A stretch of DNA of 64,000 nucleotides. It comes from Ascidiella aspersa (lineage: Eukaryota). Made by a program: the position numbers and the translations under genes. Under the pieces are notes generated by a model. It was not told where the DNA came from and did no database searches. It saw only the letters and a program-made list of their open reading frames with translations. Positions 51,401 to 64,000 of this stretch are shown one piece after another (the first letter of the stretch is position 1; every line of letters starts with the position of its first letter). Location: positions 26,598,001 through 26,662,000 of the forward strand of contig OZ004607.1 of NCBI GenBank assembly GCA_963924565.1. Direction: 5' to 3'.

Positions 51401-54400
51401 GTGCAATGTGCATGTTTCATTGCTTTGTGACAAAGCGGATTATAGCGACGAGCCTTCAAGGCGATTGCGTGTGATTTACGCAAAACCAAGTGCAAAAACA
51501 AATTAGGTTAATGGTCCTCAGGTATGATGTTTTGTTCCGATGGTATTACGAAGTATAACATTACCGCGGAGTTGTAGAATCGCTTGGAAAAGCGCGAATT
51601 GGTGGAAAACGTTGACCGTTGGCATTCATTTCATTAACTAAACGGATGAAAAAAGATATATGGCTTATATCCCTGATTATATCGTTCGTGTAAAACAGGG
51701 GTTCTTAACCTTTTTTGTATGTTTTACCCCTTTAACAAAGATGAATATCAGATTTACCCCCCATTATATAAAATAGTTCTCATCTATTAGAAAAAGGAAA
51801 GTAACAAATTACATCAGGTATAATCAATGCGACGGGTTCCCATGCTTTTGGCAACGAGTTGTTGTCAAAACATTCCAGTTTGATCTATTTTTTTCTTTTC
51901 AGACTGGACAGTTTTGACTAAAAAACGCCAGTTTTTGCTCATCATAATTGGATGAGAATTTGCTAGGTGCCTTTTTAAAGGAGCCGGTTTCATGGTACTG
52001 TTTAAAAATGTTTCTACGCACGAGACACACTGAGGAACTTAAAGACCATTCTCAATAAGATATGTAAATCCAAAATTAAAATAATTTTTCTGGTACTTCT
52101 TCTTTTTTTGGGACATGCCATTTTCAAGATTACATTTTTTGTTACTTTTACAGACTATAATAATTAGTCAATGAGTTGTTTAAAGCTTTAATCATTGGAC
52201 TAAAAAGATCAACAATAAACCAACTTGGCCAGTTAAGCCGTAGGGTTAGGTGCGGGACCCGTGGAACGAATTTGTTTTTTCGGTGATATCTTTAGAATTA
52301 CAACTCAAAAACACTCGCGGTTATTTTCTTTGGAAAGGTTACAGATATGGGCACCTACAAGGAAAAAATAATTGAAATCTGGCATATCCTTCTAAGTTTT
52401 TTTTCAAATATAAATAACATCGCTTTTTGTTCCATCGGTCCCACCCCACAGGACCTATGGAACACCCCATGGGACCCATGGAACAGAGCATGACTGCATC
52501 TAAAAACAATGCGCTGAGTATTGCTTAAGTGGATAACTGCTAAATTTATGTTGTAGAAAGTGGCACAAAAAAATACATTTACAAGAATAAAATAAAAAAA
52601 AAACACATGGAAACAAGCACAAAATGAAGAAATGATATTTTTAATTTCTGGCAGAATTTGTAACCTAGGTTTATTATACCAATTATTTTTCTTCTTCAGG
52701 AGAACATATCTTCAAAGTAAATAATAGTCAAATGTGCGATTTCGTCGAGTCCCGAGTCCGACTCTGACTCTAAAGCCTGTATTTCGCCAATTTACGTAAC
52801 TAAATACGGTGGATACTCAGCAATCCACTCATAGGGGCGTCATATAATTCATCAACTCACAATACATGGTTGGAAAATATTCCACCATACAATATTCCAC
52901 CAAGAAAATCACTCGTGGCTAGCCAGTACGCTTAACCAAATGAATCAAACTAACTTTCAACATGTGCCTAGATAGCCTCTCTCTCCACAAAAAAATATTC
53001 ACTGCTTTACAATTACCTAAAGACTATCGAAACACCTTACGAACATCAAGCTAAAAAGTACATTTTTCACCTAGAAAAGTGAAAAATTGAAATAAATCAA
53101 CCATTTCCAAAAGCACGCTGTAGAACTTTTTATATGAAGTAATTTACACAAAATCTCATTTCCACAACCAAAATTTTATTTAGTGCCGCGAACAGGTGGC
53201 GCAATATTGAGGTGTTCCATGGGTCCCGCACTTTCCCTACCCAGTGACAAAATTAGACAATCACATGTATAACCAGCACTGAAATTTCAAAAAGTGTATC
53301 GGAACTTTCAAAACTGCTCGCAGACACGTTACCTTATACCAGTGGTCTCCAGTCTTTGAAATAAGCGACCCCATTTTGGAGACAATTATAGACAATGTTA
53401 AAACAAGTGCTAGAATGCAGCAGAACGGGCACCTACTTCGCCGGGGAATGTATTCATAATGACAAGTAAAAAATGTTTTTAGCGATAAGCCTCTTCGCCT
53501 GTTTGTGTTTCTAAGTGGATGTGCTTTCTAATTTGGCTTGTGGAATGCAACCTCAGAAAACGCGGATGTTTTACTAGAAATCAACAGCATTTGTTATGAT
53601 GTTACAAATGAGGGACGATTTTAAACATCTCCGTCTACTGTCTACGTTTGACAAACTGGTACATGTAACTGGGTGTGGTTTTAGAAAAAGTGCGACATTT
53701 GCTGCGCTAAATAAAAAAACATGAATTTTGTCAAATGTACGTTAACTGATATAGCAGCTCTTAAGAGCTAAAAACAACAATTTTTATGTAGAAGATGCAC
53801 TCAGTCACGTTTATTAGTGGGACCTCATTGTAAAGAAAACTAAATACATAAATCGTACTATATTTTGATTGATAGCTAATTTACCCCCTAAAGTGAGGAA
53901 ATTTACCCCCAGGGGTAGATTTACCCCAGGTTAAGAAAGGCTGGTGTAAAAACGTATTCCATAATATCTCATATCTATCTAAACCGAAATGGAATCTTTG
54001 TTCAAAAAAAGATTACTAAATACTTTAAAATACATATAAAAATCTGCACTTTAACTGGGCAACGTTGCTATCCTGTACCAGGCAGAGGCAATCTGCTTGT
54101 CACAACAAAAAAGTGTTGCAAGGAAAACCCGTATTATCGGTTCAGAGCCGATACCAGATGCTAAGTGGTAGCATCGGTACTAGTCCGATCTAGGTGCGTT
54201 TTGGTTCAAAAACTTTATCATTTTTACTAATTTGATCTAAGGAATGATGTCATTTAGTATCGAGACAGACGATCGTAGTTTTGGCCAAAAAAACGGGCAT
54301 GGGTATCGGAATACTATCCGGGATTATTTTTAGTCATTTCGAGGCTCACCAGTGAAGGGTACAGAGTCGTCGTTCATGACGGCGTTGCCGTAAAGGTCGT

Positions 54401-57400
54401 CGGGCGCGAAATAAAAAACTTTCCGGTCGTCGGAAAAGCGAGTGGCCCAAAACAGACCCACCTCTTCGGGGTCGGGTTCCTGCGGGTGATCGAAGTAGAA
54501 GTGGGTAGCCGGGGAGAGGATCACCTGCACAAGGAAAATGGGGTGATGCGTCAGTTTTTCGGGGGGGGGGGGTTCCCAACCTGTGGTCCGCGTGGTACGC
54601 GAAGGTTTTTCAGGTGGTACGCGAGTAGCTTCCCTTTTTTTACAAAACCTTGAATTTACAACTTTATATTTTGTTTATCTGGTTTTATTTACATAAAAAA
54701 ACTTTCCCCCGAGGCCCATTCTTATTGTTACGTAACTATTCGTGTTGTTTCGAAACAATGCGATTTTTAAAATACAGGCCATGGTATTTGTCGATAAGGA
54801 GCACAGTTGCTTTGAAAAACGTACAACGCTGTGGGACAGTGGGCGTTAATTATGTCAAATGATTGCTCTTGATAGATATAATCTACTGTTTTATAGCTTA
54901 AGCTACAAATAGCGTTGAATAATGCTAGTTGTAAGCTAAACATAGATAAAAATATGATTCGATCAAATTAGTTGTACTGCAAAAAATGGTACGCGTGACG
55001 CTACAGAGCGTCCAAGTGGTAGGATATCGTAAAAAGGTTGGGAATCCATCGTTTAAGGCTTTTCTGTAAGATGCCTTCGGGTTTAGGCGATACGCATACA
55101 ACAGCTAGTCTAAACCTGGGGCGAATTTCTCGTCTCTGCGAGTATTCTTGCCCCCCCCCTCAGCTTTTGCAGTTGCACTACAGTAGCTTTTTTATAAGAT
55201 AGACTATAATTACTTTTTTTGTTAATTTCATGCCTGACTGATTTAGTGCGTGACTAATTTTGTAAATGTGGCAACATACTTTTTTAACCATTTATGTTGT
55301 TCAGTTGGTGTTGCTCATATGTTACCAATGTGTTAGCTATTGTTTGATGTGCATAGTTTTATCATCGGTTTGCTCTGTGATAATAATATTAACCACATGT
55401 TATTAATTCATTCGAAGAGTTACTAGTTAATAACTAATATCTAACTCGGTGTTTTTGTGCAACAAGCTTATTCTCCACAGCATTGGTGCCCCCACAATTA
55501 GAAGTTTACAACTGACATTGCGTTTTTAAGTCACTGTGATCTTTTTTTACCTTTTTACCATTGGTGAAATTAACTAAGAGACTGTAAGCAAAAGTAGAGA
55601 AAACAGATAAAGGTTGTGGCTCGATTCTTTTAGTTGGCCAAGAAGATGCGGGAATTTCTGAGCAAAGTCAGTAGTGGTCTGGGCCTAGTCCTGTGACAAC
55701 CTGACTTAGAATAGTTGTTGTGGTACTTTTATATTTTGGCAGCTTCGCTTCCTACGACAACCCCTAGCGCTAGCGGTGAGAATCAAATTTATTGGCGGCT
55801 AAACCGAAATTAAATTCCAATTGCTGATTTTATAACAATATATAATTTATTTTTAGTATTGTAACTAAGTATCTAGGATAAAATGCATCAAAACTAGTGA
55901 GAAATGAAAGAGAAACGCTGGGTCGCCAAGTTAAAAGCCTTTCAACAGCACTTAACGCAATATGCAGCTAAGTGATAAAAGGTGTTTAGGCGTTTACAAG
56001 TCAAGCATTTAACGGCATTTGAGTTTATGTTCTGTAACGGTTTATACTACTATAGGAAAATAGTTAAACAAAACGATCGCTTGAAAAATGCTTGTATATG
56101 AATCCTTGATGCCCGCCTTATGGTGAAAAACTTAGTTTTAAAGAAATTATTTATGCCAAGTACCAAGCAACAACCTTTGGCCACAATGAGTTAGGGTCAA
56201 TGGATTCCGAACAACTATATCTCTGCACAACACGGCCGAGTATTGTTTTTCACTCCTTGTGTAGAGCATCGAGTAAATGCCGTTGTGATTACTTCACAAG
56301 TTTCGAACGAACTAAGAGCGAAAATTCCCGCGAACACTATTTTTTGCAAGTGCGTCAGAGACGGGGGCGCTTATCACTGGAATTACCTTCGTGGCTCAAT
56401 ATCTGCGAAAATTTCGCCCAGCGGAAAATCGCAGGGTGTCGGCGATAAAGTCGCTTTGATGCTGAACCCTTTACTGACCTCTTCTCGTCAATTATTCAGC
56501 ACCCGCACACGTCAATATAATCGGATGCAGCCATTGATAGAGACATAATCGTTAAAGTTTGAAATAATCGTGAAAATAACGAATTAAACCGTCGCAACAC
56601 AGCAGAAGAAGGCGGAAGTGAAATCTATTACTGGTGACGAAATTACTTCATATGGCCAGTTACGTGAATTTGGTCAAATAAACCACTTTATAAACCGAAT
56701 TAAAACGAGGTTATCATATTACAGTTACAGATAACGTCAAATCGCTCTTAATGAATGTTGTCAAAACTGACATCAAACAAAATTAGTCTAATACTTGGCT
56801 TACGCGGACATTATATATATTCCGCGAATGTACTCTTTCTACAACCAAAGAAACCAAATCGCGTACCTCAAGGATCGTAAGCAATGCTTAATTTCGTTCT
56901 GAGCACATAACTCGAAAATAAATTAAAAATCGGTTCACTGTGGACAGATCTGTAATGTAGCTTGAAAATCAATGTCAAAGACAAATATGTCGAGTAAATG
57001 TACATCTTCTTAAGAGAGACATTTCTGTTGATAATACAAGTGCGTATCAAAAACATCTGTATTTAAATGGTGTCGATTTAGTCAAACTATTTGCTTTAAA
57101 ATTCATTTTCAAGCAAAATTAAAAATATTAAAAACAAATTACATGTGACCTTGTAGCCGGCGTTTGCCAGCGCGTAAGCCCGCTCCGAGTTTTTCGACTT
57201 CCAGGCGTTGTTCCAGGCGTATGTCGTCACGTCTACGTCACTCAGGGACGACTTGTTGAAAGGAATGTTCTCGGGTAACCTGGCAAGAAAAAGCCGTATG
57301 TATAAAACAAACAAATAAACATAGTCCATGCTTTGCAAACAGACGTGGACTAACAATCACAACATTGCTAAACTGGTTTCTAGAAATGAGAATATTGGTA

Positions 57401-60400
57401 AATTAGGTGCCACTATATAAAGACAACCCCACAGGTTGTGCGAAAGCTTGTCGAAATTAGAATTAGACAAATACGGCTATTTCCAAAGATTGGTAAATTA
57501 GTTCGCGATAGACAACACAAAAAGGTGAAGTAAAACGCAATTTGTTTTATATTACTTAGTTTTCGTCGCGACATCGAAAAACGGATGTTTACCCACGTAA
57601 ATGGTTGTCCGGCGTTGTTTGGATTAATCGAATGAATAATTTATTACTTGGCCCGAGAATGGCTTTATCCGTTTTTTCTTCGCATCCCCAAAACTTTATA
57701 AAACAGCACAGCTCGTTGAAAACAATTTCGAGCTATCCGACAGAAGTCAATTCGAAAATATAACATCCAAAAACGAAAACAACATAAAAATCACACTACA
57801 AACGATAACTTACTGCATGGCCCCATCTTCCCAAGCGCCGATGCCGAGTCCGTTCTTGCGACTGACGATCTTGGCCACTTGTTGCATGAAATACTCCTGA
57901 AGGTCATTGTGGCTGTCCAAAGAAAAATCAAGTTGCTCGTCTTATATGATAGGCCTTTTTACATTACATGACGATTATATTATGGGACAGGCACAAGTAT
58001 TTGCTTGCATACAGAGGTGACTACCGGACTCGGACTAATTCGAACCTAGATGCGAGTCGCTGGATTTTGTTTTCGCTTTACAGTATTTTCGTGGGTTTTA
58101 ACATTTCTGCAAAATTGCACTGTAAGAAACCAGCAGTTTATACACTGTAGGTTAATGCTTCTCAACCTTTTATGGCTCGGGGTACCCCTCAAGAATATTA
58201 AATAGAGTGTGGTACCCCTACTAAAATAATCGTTAAGTTAATCACTATATAGTATATAATGTAACAATAAACGGTACTTGTAGGAAAATATAATTTGATG
58301 TATAGTCTCATTTCGCACAACACAGTGATGTATTAAGACAGTGGTCGGCAACCGCTGGTTCGCGAGGTGTTCGTTACCAGTCCGAAATAGGGTTACCAGA
58401 TTAAAATTTTGGTTTAAACCCGAACTATACGTAAAAACCGTAAAGCAGTAAAAAACAATTAAATGTATTTTATATTCAAAATTCATTAACTTTCGAGGTT
58501 AAAAAAACTAGTGTGCTGCGTTGCCATATGAGTTACATAGCACGTTCACAACATCTAAAAATACATATTTTTATTGCAATATGTCGAAAATGGGCTAAAC
58601 CAGTGGTTCTCAACCTTTTTAGCTTACGGACCGGTAAAATTTCAAAGTAAATTTTGCGGACCGTTGGACCTTCAAAAATCAAAATCAACCCCAAAAGTAA
58701 TTACGACAAAAGTATGCAACTTAACAGTAAAGAATGGAAACTTTAATATAATGACTATAATGAACAATCTGCTGCTGTCTTTTTGATATCATACGTGTTA
58801 TACGTGGTTCTATTGAAGTGTTTAAATATAACTGGTGTTAAAGTTAAGAGTTAAACAATTTGTAGCAAAATTTTTTCATAATTTTAAACAGTTGGGCGCA
58901 ACACTTGCAGCATTATGACGTGCGACCAAGTACAAGACTAAATTTAATTGACAAGCCTTCAACATCTTGCATTTTGCTATTGAGATTTAAAATTGTAATA
59001 TATTTGGCGGACTGGCGGTTGAGAACCACTGGGCTAAACTATCATGTTTTTTTATGTCCAAGCGATCTCACCCTAAAGTGCAATAGAATAAATCCATGCA
59101 AGCAATGTTTAGGCTATAAACAATGTCCCATAATAAAATGATTTATTATTTTGATATTTCAGTAGGAAAGGTTGGAAAAAACGTATTCAATTTAATTAGT
59201 TGTAGCAAGTTTTTGCGTTTAAACCTCTATAATTTTATTTTAGCCTTAAAAAAATGACGGTAAAAAGCTAAAAAGCTTAATGATATTTCTGACATCAACC
59301 ACGTTGAAAAAAGCCAGATATTTTTGGCATTTTTTTGTCTGGCATGCCTTGTACGTCTGTCTATTGTATACTTTTAGGGATCTAAAATACATGATTATAC
59401 ATAATACAAAGTGTGGCTTCTTGAAAAAGAATGTTTTAAATATCCTTATTTTGACCTGCTGGTAAGAGTAGGAATAGTTAATAATGGTATACAAGTGTAA
59501 TTTAGTGGTATACAATAGTATTTACCATAAAAACTTAAAGGCCTAAAAGTTTTATTAAAATGAGCCACGGGCATGGGTTGAATTGCTTGGCGAGCCGGAT
59601 GCCGCCCGCGGGTTTAATTAAGTTTAATAATTCCTAAATGGGAGAATCTCTTTGCGACAAAACAAGCTTGAAGTTCGCATTGAAAAAAGTTGTAATAAAT
59701 TTCCTTTACTGCAACATTTGTTGTTTTGTAAGGCCGGTCCGCGACAAAAATTTAATTTTAAACAGGCCCGCAGTGCAAAAAAGGTTGCCAACCCCTGTAT
59801 TAAGAGGCTCATCAATTAAGCAAATATCAGATTTTTGAAGATTTTCCAAATATCTCTACTAGCAATAAAAATGGTACCCTGGTTGAAAACCACTGCCGTA
59901 TAGGTTACAGTGCAATAAAAAATAGAAGTGATATTGCGATCGGCGTTCATAATTCTCTCAGTTAAAACAAAATCTGTAACCCGTTGAAAAAAAATAGTGT
60001 TAATCGAATGCGGCAAAGGTCGACCCACCTCCAAGGAAATTCGTCGCTTTGCTCGAGAAACTCTGTACAGATCGGCGAATATTGCCACGAGTTGGACGCC
60101 ACCTCGTCGCCTCCCACATGGAAGGTCTTGAGCGGTTGGACGTCGGCGTGCATTTCCACGACGGCGTCGATCACCTTCTCAACGAAGCTGCGCGAAAACA
60201 AATTGACCGCTTTGCACTCGACCAAGACATCAAGAACGTTTTTTAACTTTTTTCGGACGGTTACCGTGCGGTAATAAATATACTTGAAAGCGTGTAGTGG
60301 ACATAAATATGACCTTAAGCGCTCCACAATTTTACTGACTCATCTTTTCATGTCGCTTTTAAGTAGATTGCCTTATCCGTCATTTAAGCTAAATAATACA

Positions 60401-63391
60401 AAGAAAAATGAAAAACAAAACAGCGAAGCAATTGGCAAGAATTCAGGTCTTCTTTCTCTTTCAAAACAATTTATGTTTTCCCAGTCTTTTAGATATTTCA
60501 CAAGAACTCGTCAAACGGAATGGTCAGGGGAAGTTTTAAACGATAATACCGACATATTGGATATGCTTTATGTTATTGGAAACATTTTATTCAATGGCGG
60601 AGCTTTTTTGTATGTACTATCCCCAGGTATAGGTGGTTGCAAGCTGCTTTGCAAAAAAACACCGTGTCAAAACACTGAAAACGCGTTTGTAGCCACAATG
60701 AGATGCGGCAAATTTTAGTAGTAAACGTGCGCGGCAAACATCTGAAATGCGTGCAAAATTGGTAACAGAACAACAGAGACCGAACCAAAGTTGTGCTTCT
60801 CACCGCATGGTCGACGGCATGCATGGGTTGACTGCGTTGTTGCGGTAATGCTGGACTGACATGGCCGGCGACTGGTCTTCGAAATCGCTGAGAAGGAACT
60901 CGCCCGCTTCTTCTGTCTTTCCTGCCGCCCACAAGCGATGGTACCTGTCGGGTGTAGTTTGTTAAACAGTATAAAGAGCGAGAAAGCATACACGGACACT
61001 GTTCTCATCGGCGCCAAAATAATTGTGGTGGGGTAGCTTGCAATAAAATCATGAAGTAATCATTCGCCTGTTTTTCAACTCTATTTAAACGTCTGACAAC
61101 AGTCTCCAATTTCAAAGAAAACGCCAATCTGCTGTTTAACATTACAAAATAAAATGCTAACGCAATGTGCTTTGGTCTTTGGTCTTTTTTAACACGTAAT
61201 TACATAGTTTTCTTCGAAAATCATCATTCAACACTTTCCCTGCTTTCCAGTCAACCTTACCTGACTTCCATTGACTTTATTGCGGCATGCGAATGGCCGG
61301 GCAGGTCGATCTCTGGTATTACTTCGACGTTGTGCTGTGACGCTTCGTGTAAAATGCGCTTGTAGTCGGACGTGGTGTAGTAACCACTTCCTAAAAATTA
61401 CAGAAATAACACTATTCTACCACTGTTAATTAGATAGAGATTACTTCGCTACATGTTGGCCTTATAAACGGGCTTACAACAACGCCTATTTCAATATGAC
61501 TTGTAGCATTATGTGTAGTATTTTTGTGGTTAGTGAACAAGGGAGGTCACAGAGAATATAGTGTCAATGGAAGGGTGGGCACGACTTAAAGGAATGTTTA
61601 GAAAAGCTGCTTTAGGGGTTCTTAGTAAAATTAATATGTATCAAAGATTCGACGCGACTGCTCTTAGCATAATTGGGTTTGTTCTCATTGTGTGCTGCTA
61701 AAATATTTTCTCATCAAATCAAAATCCCTATCTTATGGGACACAATGCCTTCAAGCGTCTCATAAGGATGCATGCTTTTGTATTTTTGCAAATCAGTCAC
61801 AAAGCATTAGCAACAAAATTGTTATCGACGTAAAACATTATATATAATTCATACTTTTTTAAACTTCACTGATACGGTAGTATAGGAAAGTATAAGTACC
61901 TGGAAAACTGGCATCGGGACCCGAGCCCAGTGCTGGAAAGACGCAGTCACTTTCGTCCATGGTATGGCACCTGGAAAGAAAAGTAAGCGTACTATGAGGA
62001 AAGGGTGCTTTAAGGCGTTTTGTTTAATAACTTCTGTGATGACCCTTCAGAGCCTTAACTAACAGTTTTTGACCCTGGTGTTAAATCAGGCTTGGAGTGT
62101 AAAATCTGTAGTAAGAATAAAATATGTAGGAAGACCAAGCAAGGTTGTTAGTTCCGAACTCTCAAACCTCTTGGCGCCGATCTCGGTAAGTTCTGGCAAG
62201 CCTGGGATGTCCAACCTCCACGCCTCGTCGTCGGTCAGGTGAAAATGTAGTTTGTTGAGCTTGTAGAGCGCCATCGCCTGCAGTGTGAAAATTTTAAACG
62301 AGACGCGGATCTACTGTACAGCCTGCATAGGGATGTCCGATAATAAATAATCGTTCGACACAAGAATGGTTTCTGTGCCGATCCGATACAACAGGGTGGG
62401 CAAACTACGGCTCGCGAGCCGCATGCGGCTCTCCGGCATGTTTTTTGTGGCTCTTCTAGTTGAAACGTAATATTTCAAAAAAAATTTAAAGGTTACCAAG
62501 AATACCGTTTATAAACGCTTCTATCTTTTTCTTTTCTTTATTTTAGGCCAGCATTTCGTTTATGACGTCACACTAGACATAGAGGCTGAAGAGTTAGTTA
62601 ACAAAAGACTGATATTAATAAATATTGTGCGTATTATTTTTCTATCACCGTTATTATTGTGTTGATTATTACCGTTTCGTTACATTACAATTCTGTTGTT
62701 GTTGCGACTGGCCTTGCATTATTAACCGTTTTCGTATTGAAATAATTTTGAGGCTCTCTGGTGCTTGTATTTTCTGCAAATGGCTCTTCCATTGAATACA
62801 TTGCCCACCCCTGCGATCCAATAACAACAAAGCCTTTGAATACAGTTGGCTATCTAACTTCGAAAACTCTTTTCATTACTTTGCCCTTTGACGGTCATCT
62901 CACGTTCGAGGTAAACGAATATGATAGGGTAATTTGTTTCTAAGCGTACAAATGCATTTCTCGGTTTTAGTACAGTACTTAAAACTTACCTATTCAAGTA
63001 CTTAAACTTACCTATTTTACCTTTTTACTTTTACTCTAACAAAACCTCTTAAATGAGAATATATCGGCGACTGTGACGCAACAATGGTCTTGGTCTGTAA
63101 GTCATGTCACCACTATTCTATTTTCTTTATATTTTCGACCTCGCTTGAGCCCGTAGGTATTCTTTTGATTTTTTAGCATCAATTAAAAGCATAACTCAGC
63201 GTATCCTTCGCGGTCCCCATAAAACCGCTTTGCAGACCCCAGGTTGACAACCACTGATCTAATTAATTGCATTATTATTATTATGGCAAGTTTAATATGA
63301 TCACCTTGATTATCTGGATGACGTCATCAGCAGTAAGGAAATTGCGCGCGACGTCCAGATGCAGACCGCGATATCCAAACCTCGGCGCATC
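48331..63391 (-). CDS. GH20 beta-N-acetylhexosaminidase, chitobiase type (5' part beyond window; 550 aa visible)
   Basis: Twelve in-phase GT-AG exons: 63305-63391, 62168-62277, 61900-61970, 61261-61390, 60804-60944, 60029-60187, 57814-57912, 57150-57279, 54350-54524, 50981-51147, 49939-50084, 48331-48568. Motifs DAPRFGYRGLHLDVARNF, KLNKLHFHLTDDEAWR, VIPEIDLPGH, catalytic HVGGDE, GMQAQLWSE, AERAWH, YRVPPPG. Confidence 0.96.
51183..51321. repeat. Near-perfect hairpin (55-bp arms, 29-nt loop), MITE-like
   Basis: Arms 51183-51237 and 51267-51321 are reverse complements with 5 substitutions and no indels. Confidence 0.9.
51696..53943 (-). mobile_element. Composite non-autonomous hAT element with perfect TSD
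   Basis: Ends CAGGGGTTCTTAACCT / AGGTTAAGAAAGGCTG; TSD GTGTAAAA on both sides. Carries two nested elements. Confidence 0.9.
52243..53237. mobile_element. TA-duplicating TIR element (Tc1/mariner/pogo-like, non-autonomous)
   Basis: TIR core GTGCGGGACCC(G/A)TGGAAC at both ends, flanked by TA. The empty site with a single TA is visible in the paralog at 10035-10036. Confidence 0.85.
54569..55049 (+). mobile_element. hAT MITE family A, near full length
   Basis: GGGGTTCCCAACCTGTGG ... AAAAAGGTTGGGAATCCA; colinear with 3587-3980. Confidence 0.8.
58339..59797 (+). mobile_element. hAT MITE with perfect TSD, contains nested insertion
   Basis: CAGTGGTCGGCAACC / GGTTGCCAACCCCTG; TSD TATTAAGA. Family of 14590-15056. 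Confidence 0.9.
58601..59031 (+). mobile_element. Nested hAT MITE with perfect TSD
   Basis: CAGTGGTTCTCAACC / GGTTGAGAACCACTG; TSD GGCTAAAC. Confidence 0.9.
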
Positions 63392-64000
63392 CTAAAACAA
63401 ATCGCCAAGTGGTAAGTCTCGTAGAAATGTTTCTACCAGTAGAGTGCATTTTGTAAAAAAGTGTTCAAAGGTGAGAAAAAACGGATGCCGTGTTTGACTT
63501 TACGAATAACCACAATAGTAGCAACTGGTCAGAATACATACCAGTTGGTAGCATCACCACTTGACCAAAAATGGAGTGGTATTGACATAGGTGTAGGAAG
63601 GTATAGGTGCCCAATGCCCATACTAACTGAAGTTGGTATTTTGTGCAAAGGAAAAAATGCCAATGAAAAACTTACACTGATCAGATAATAAACTCTAAAC
63701 AGCACTTTATTACATGAAATTGACAAATTAGGCGATTGTAATTTGGTATATTTACTCTTTTTAAATTCCGATTAAAGTATCGCCATTGCAATCGCAATAT
63801 TTCATGTAAAAATTCAGACATTGATATTAAACAATTATTACATATGGTTGGTTAGTGTTAACGTACTAGTAAGGTGAAGTAAAATAGAAGTGGAATTTAA
63901 AAAGCTGTAGATCCGTTTATCAGAAGCAAATGGCCTACAGTTTACTGAGTGACGGAGCTCAAAATGCTACGAATGATTAGGCACGATAACAATCATGATC

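Noticed and set aside
56387-56546. Selenoprotein-like C-G-C-TGA (MSLSMAASDYIDVCGC*) with an open frame after the TGA
   Set aside because: The downstream peptide shows no thioredoxin-fold resemblance, and no SECIS or further exons were identified.

Overview
AT-rich eukaryotic (animal) genomic DNA with spliceosomal introns. It is probably a marine invertebrate, possibly a tunicate, but that is inference only. Reading splice sites by hand gives four protein-coding genes that the ORF track largely misses. (1) RPS27A, the ubiquitin-S27a fusion (minus, 11520-12810), hosts three intronic box C/D RNAs and has a fourth just downstream of its poly(A) signal. (2) A SIVA homologue (minus, 15307-17770) carries a canonical PIP box. 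(3) An unrecognised two-exon, 463-aa low-complexity gene (plus, 38495-40679) sits in a ~20-kb CpG-rich, transposon-poor domain. (4) The 3' 12 exons of a bacterial-chitobiase-type GH20 beta-N-acetylhexosaminidase lie on the minus strand (48331-63391, continuing past the window). The rest is a truncated Ty3/Gypsy element, a LINE ORF1 remnant, many often nested hAT MITEs with 8-bp TSDs, foldback elements and a near-perfect 2284-bp tandem duplication. The most intriguing item is an atypical intronic C/D RNA whose antisense element matches 18S helix 34 with a single mismatch opposite the acetylated cytidine, making it a candidate snR4-like ac4C guide. No CRISPR array, rRNA or tRNA gene was found. 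All homologies and rRNA target sequences are recalled from memory, not searched.
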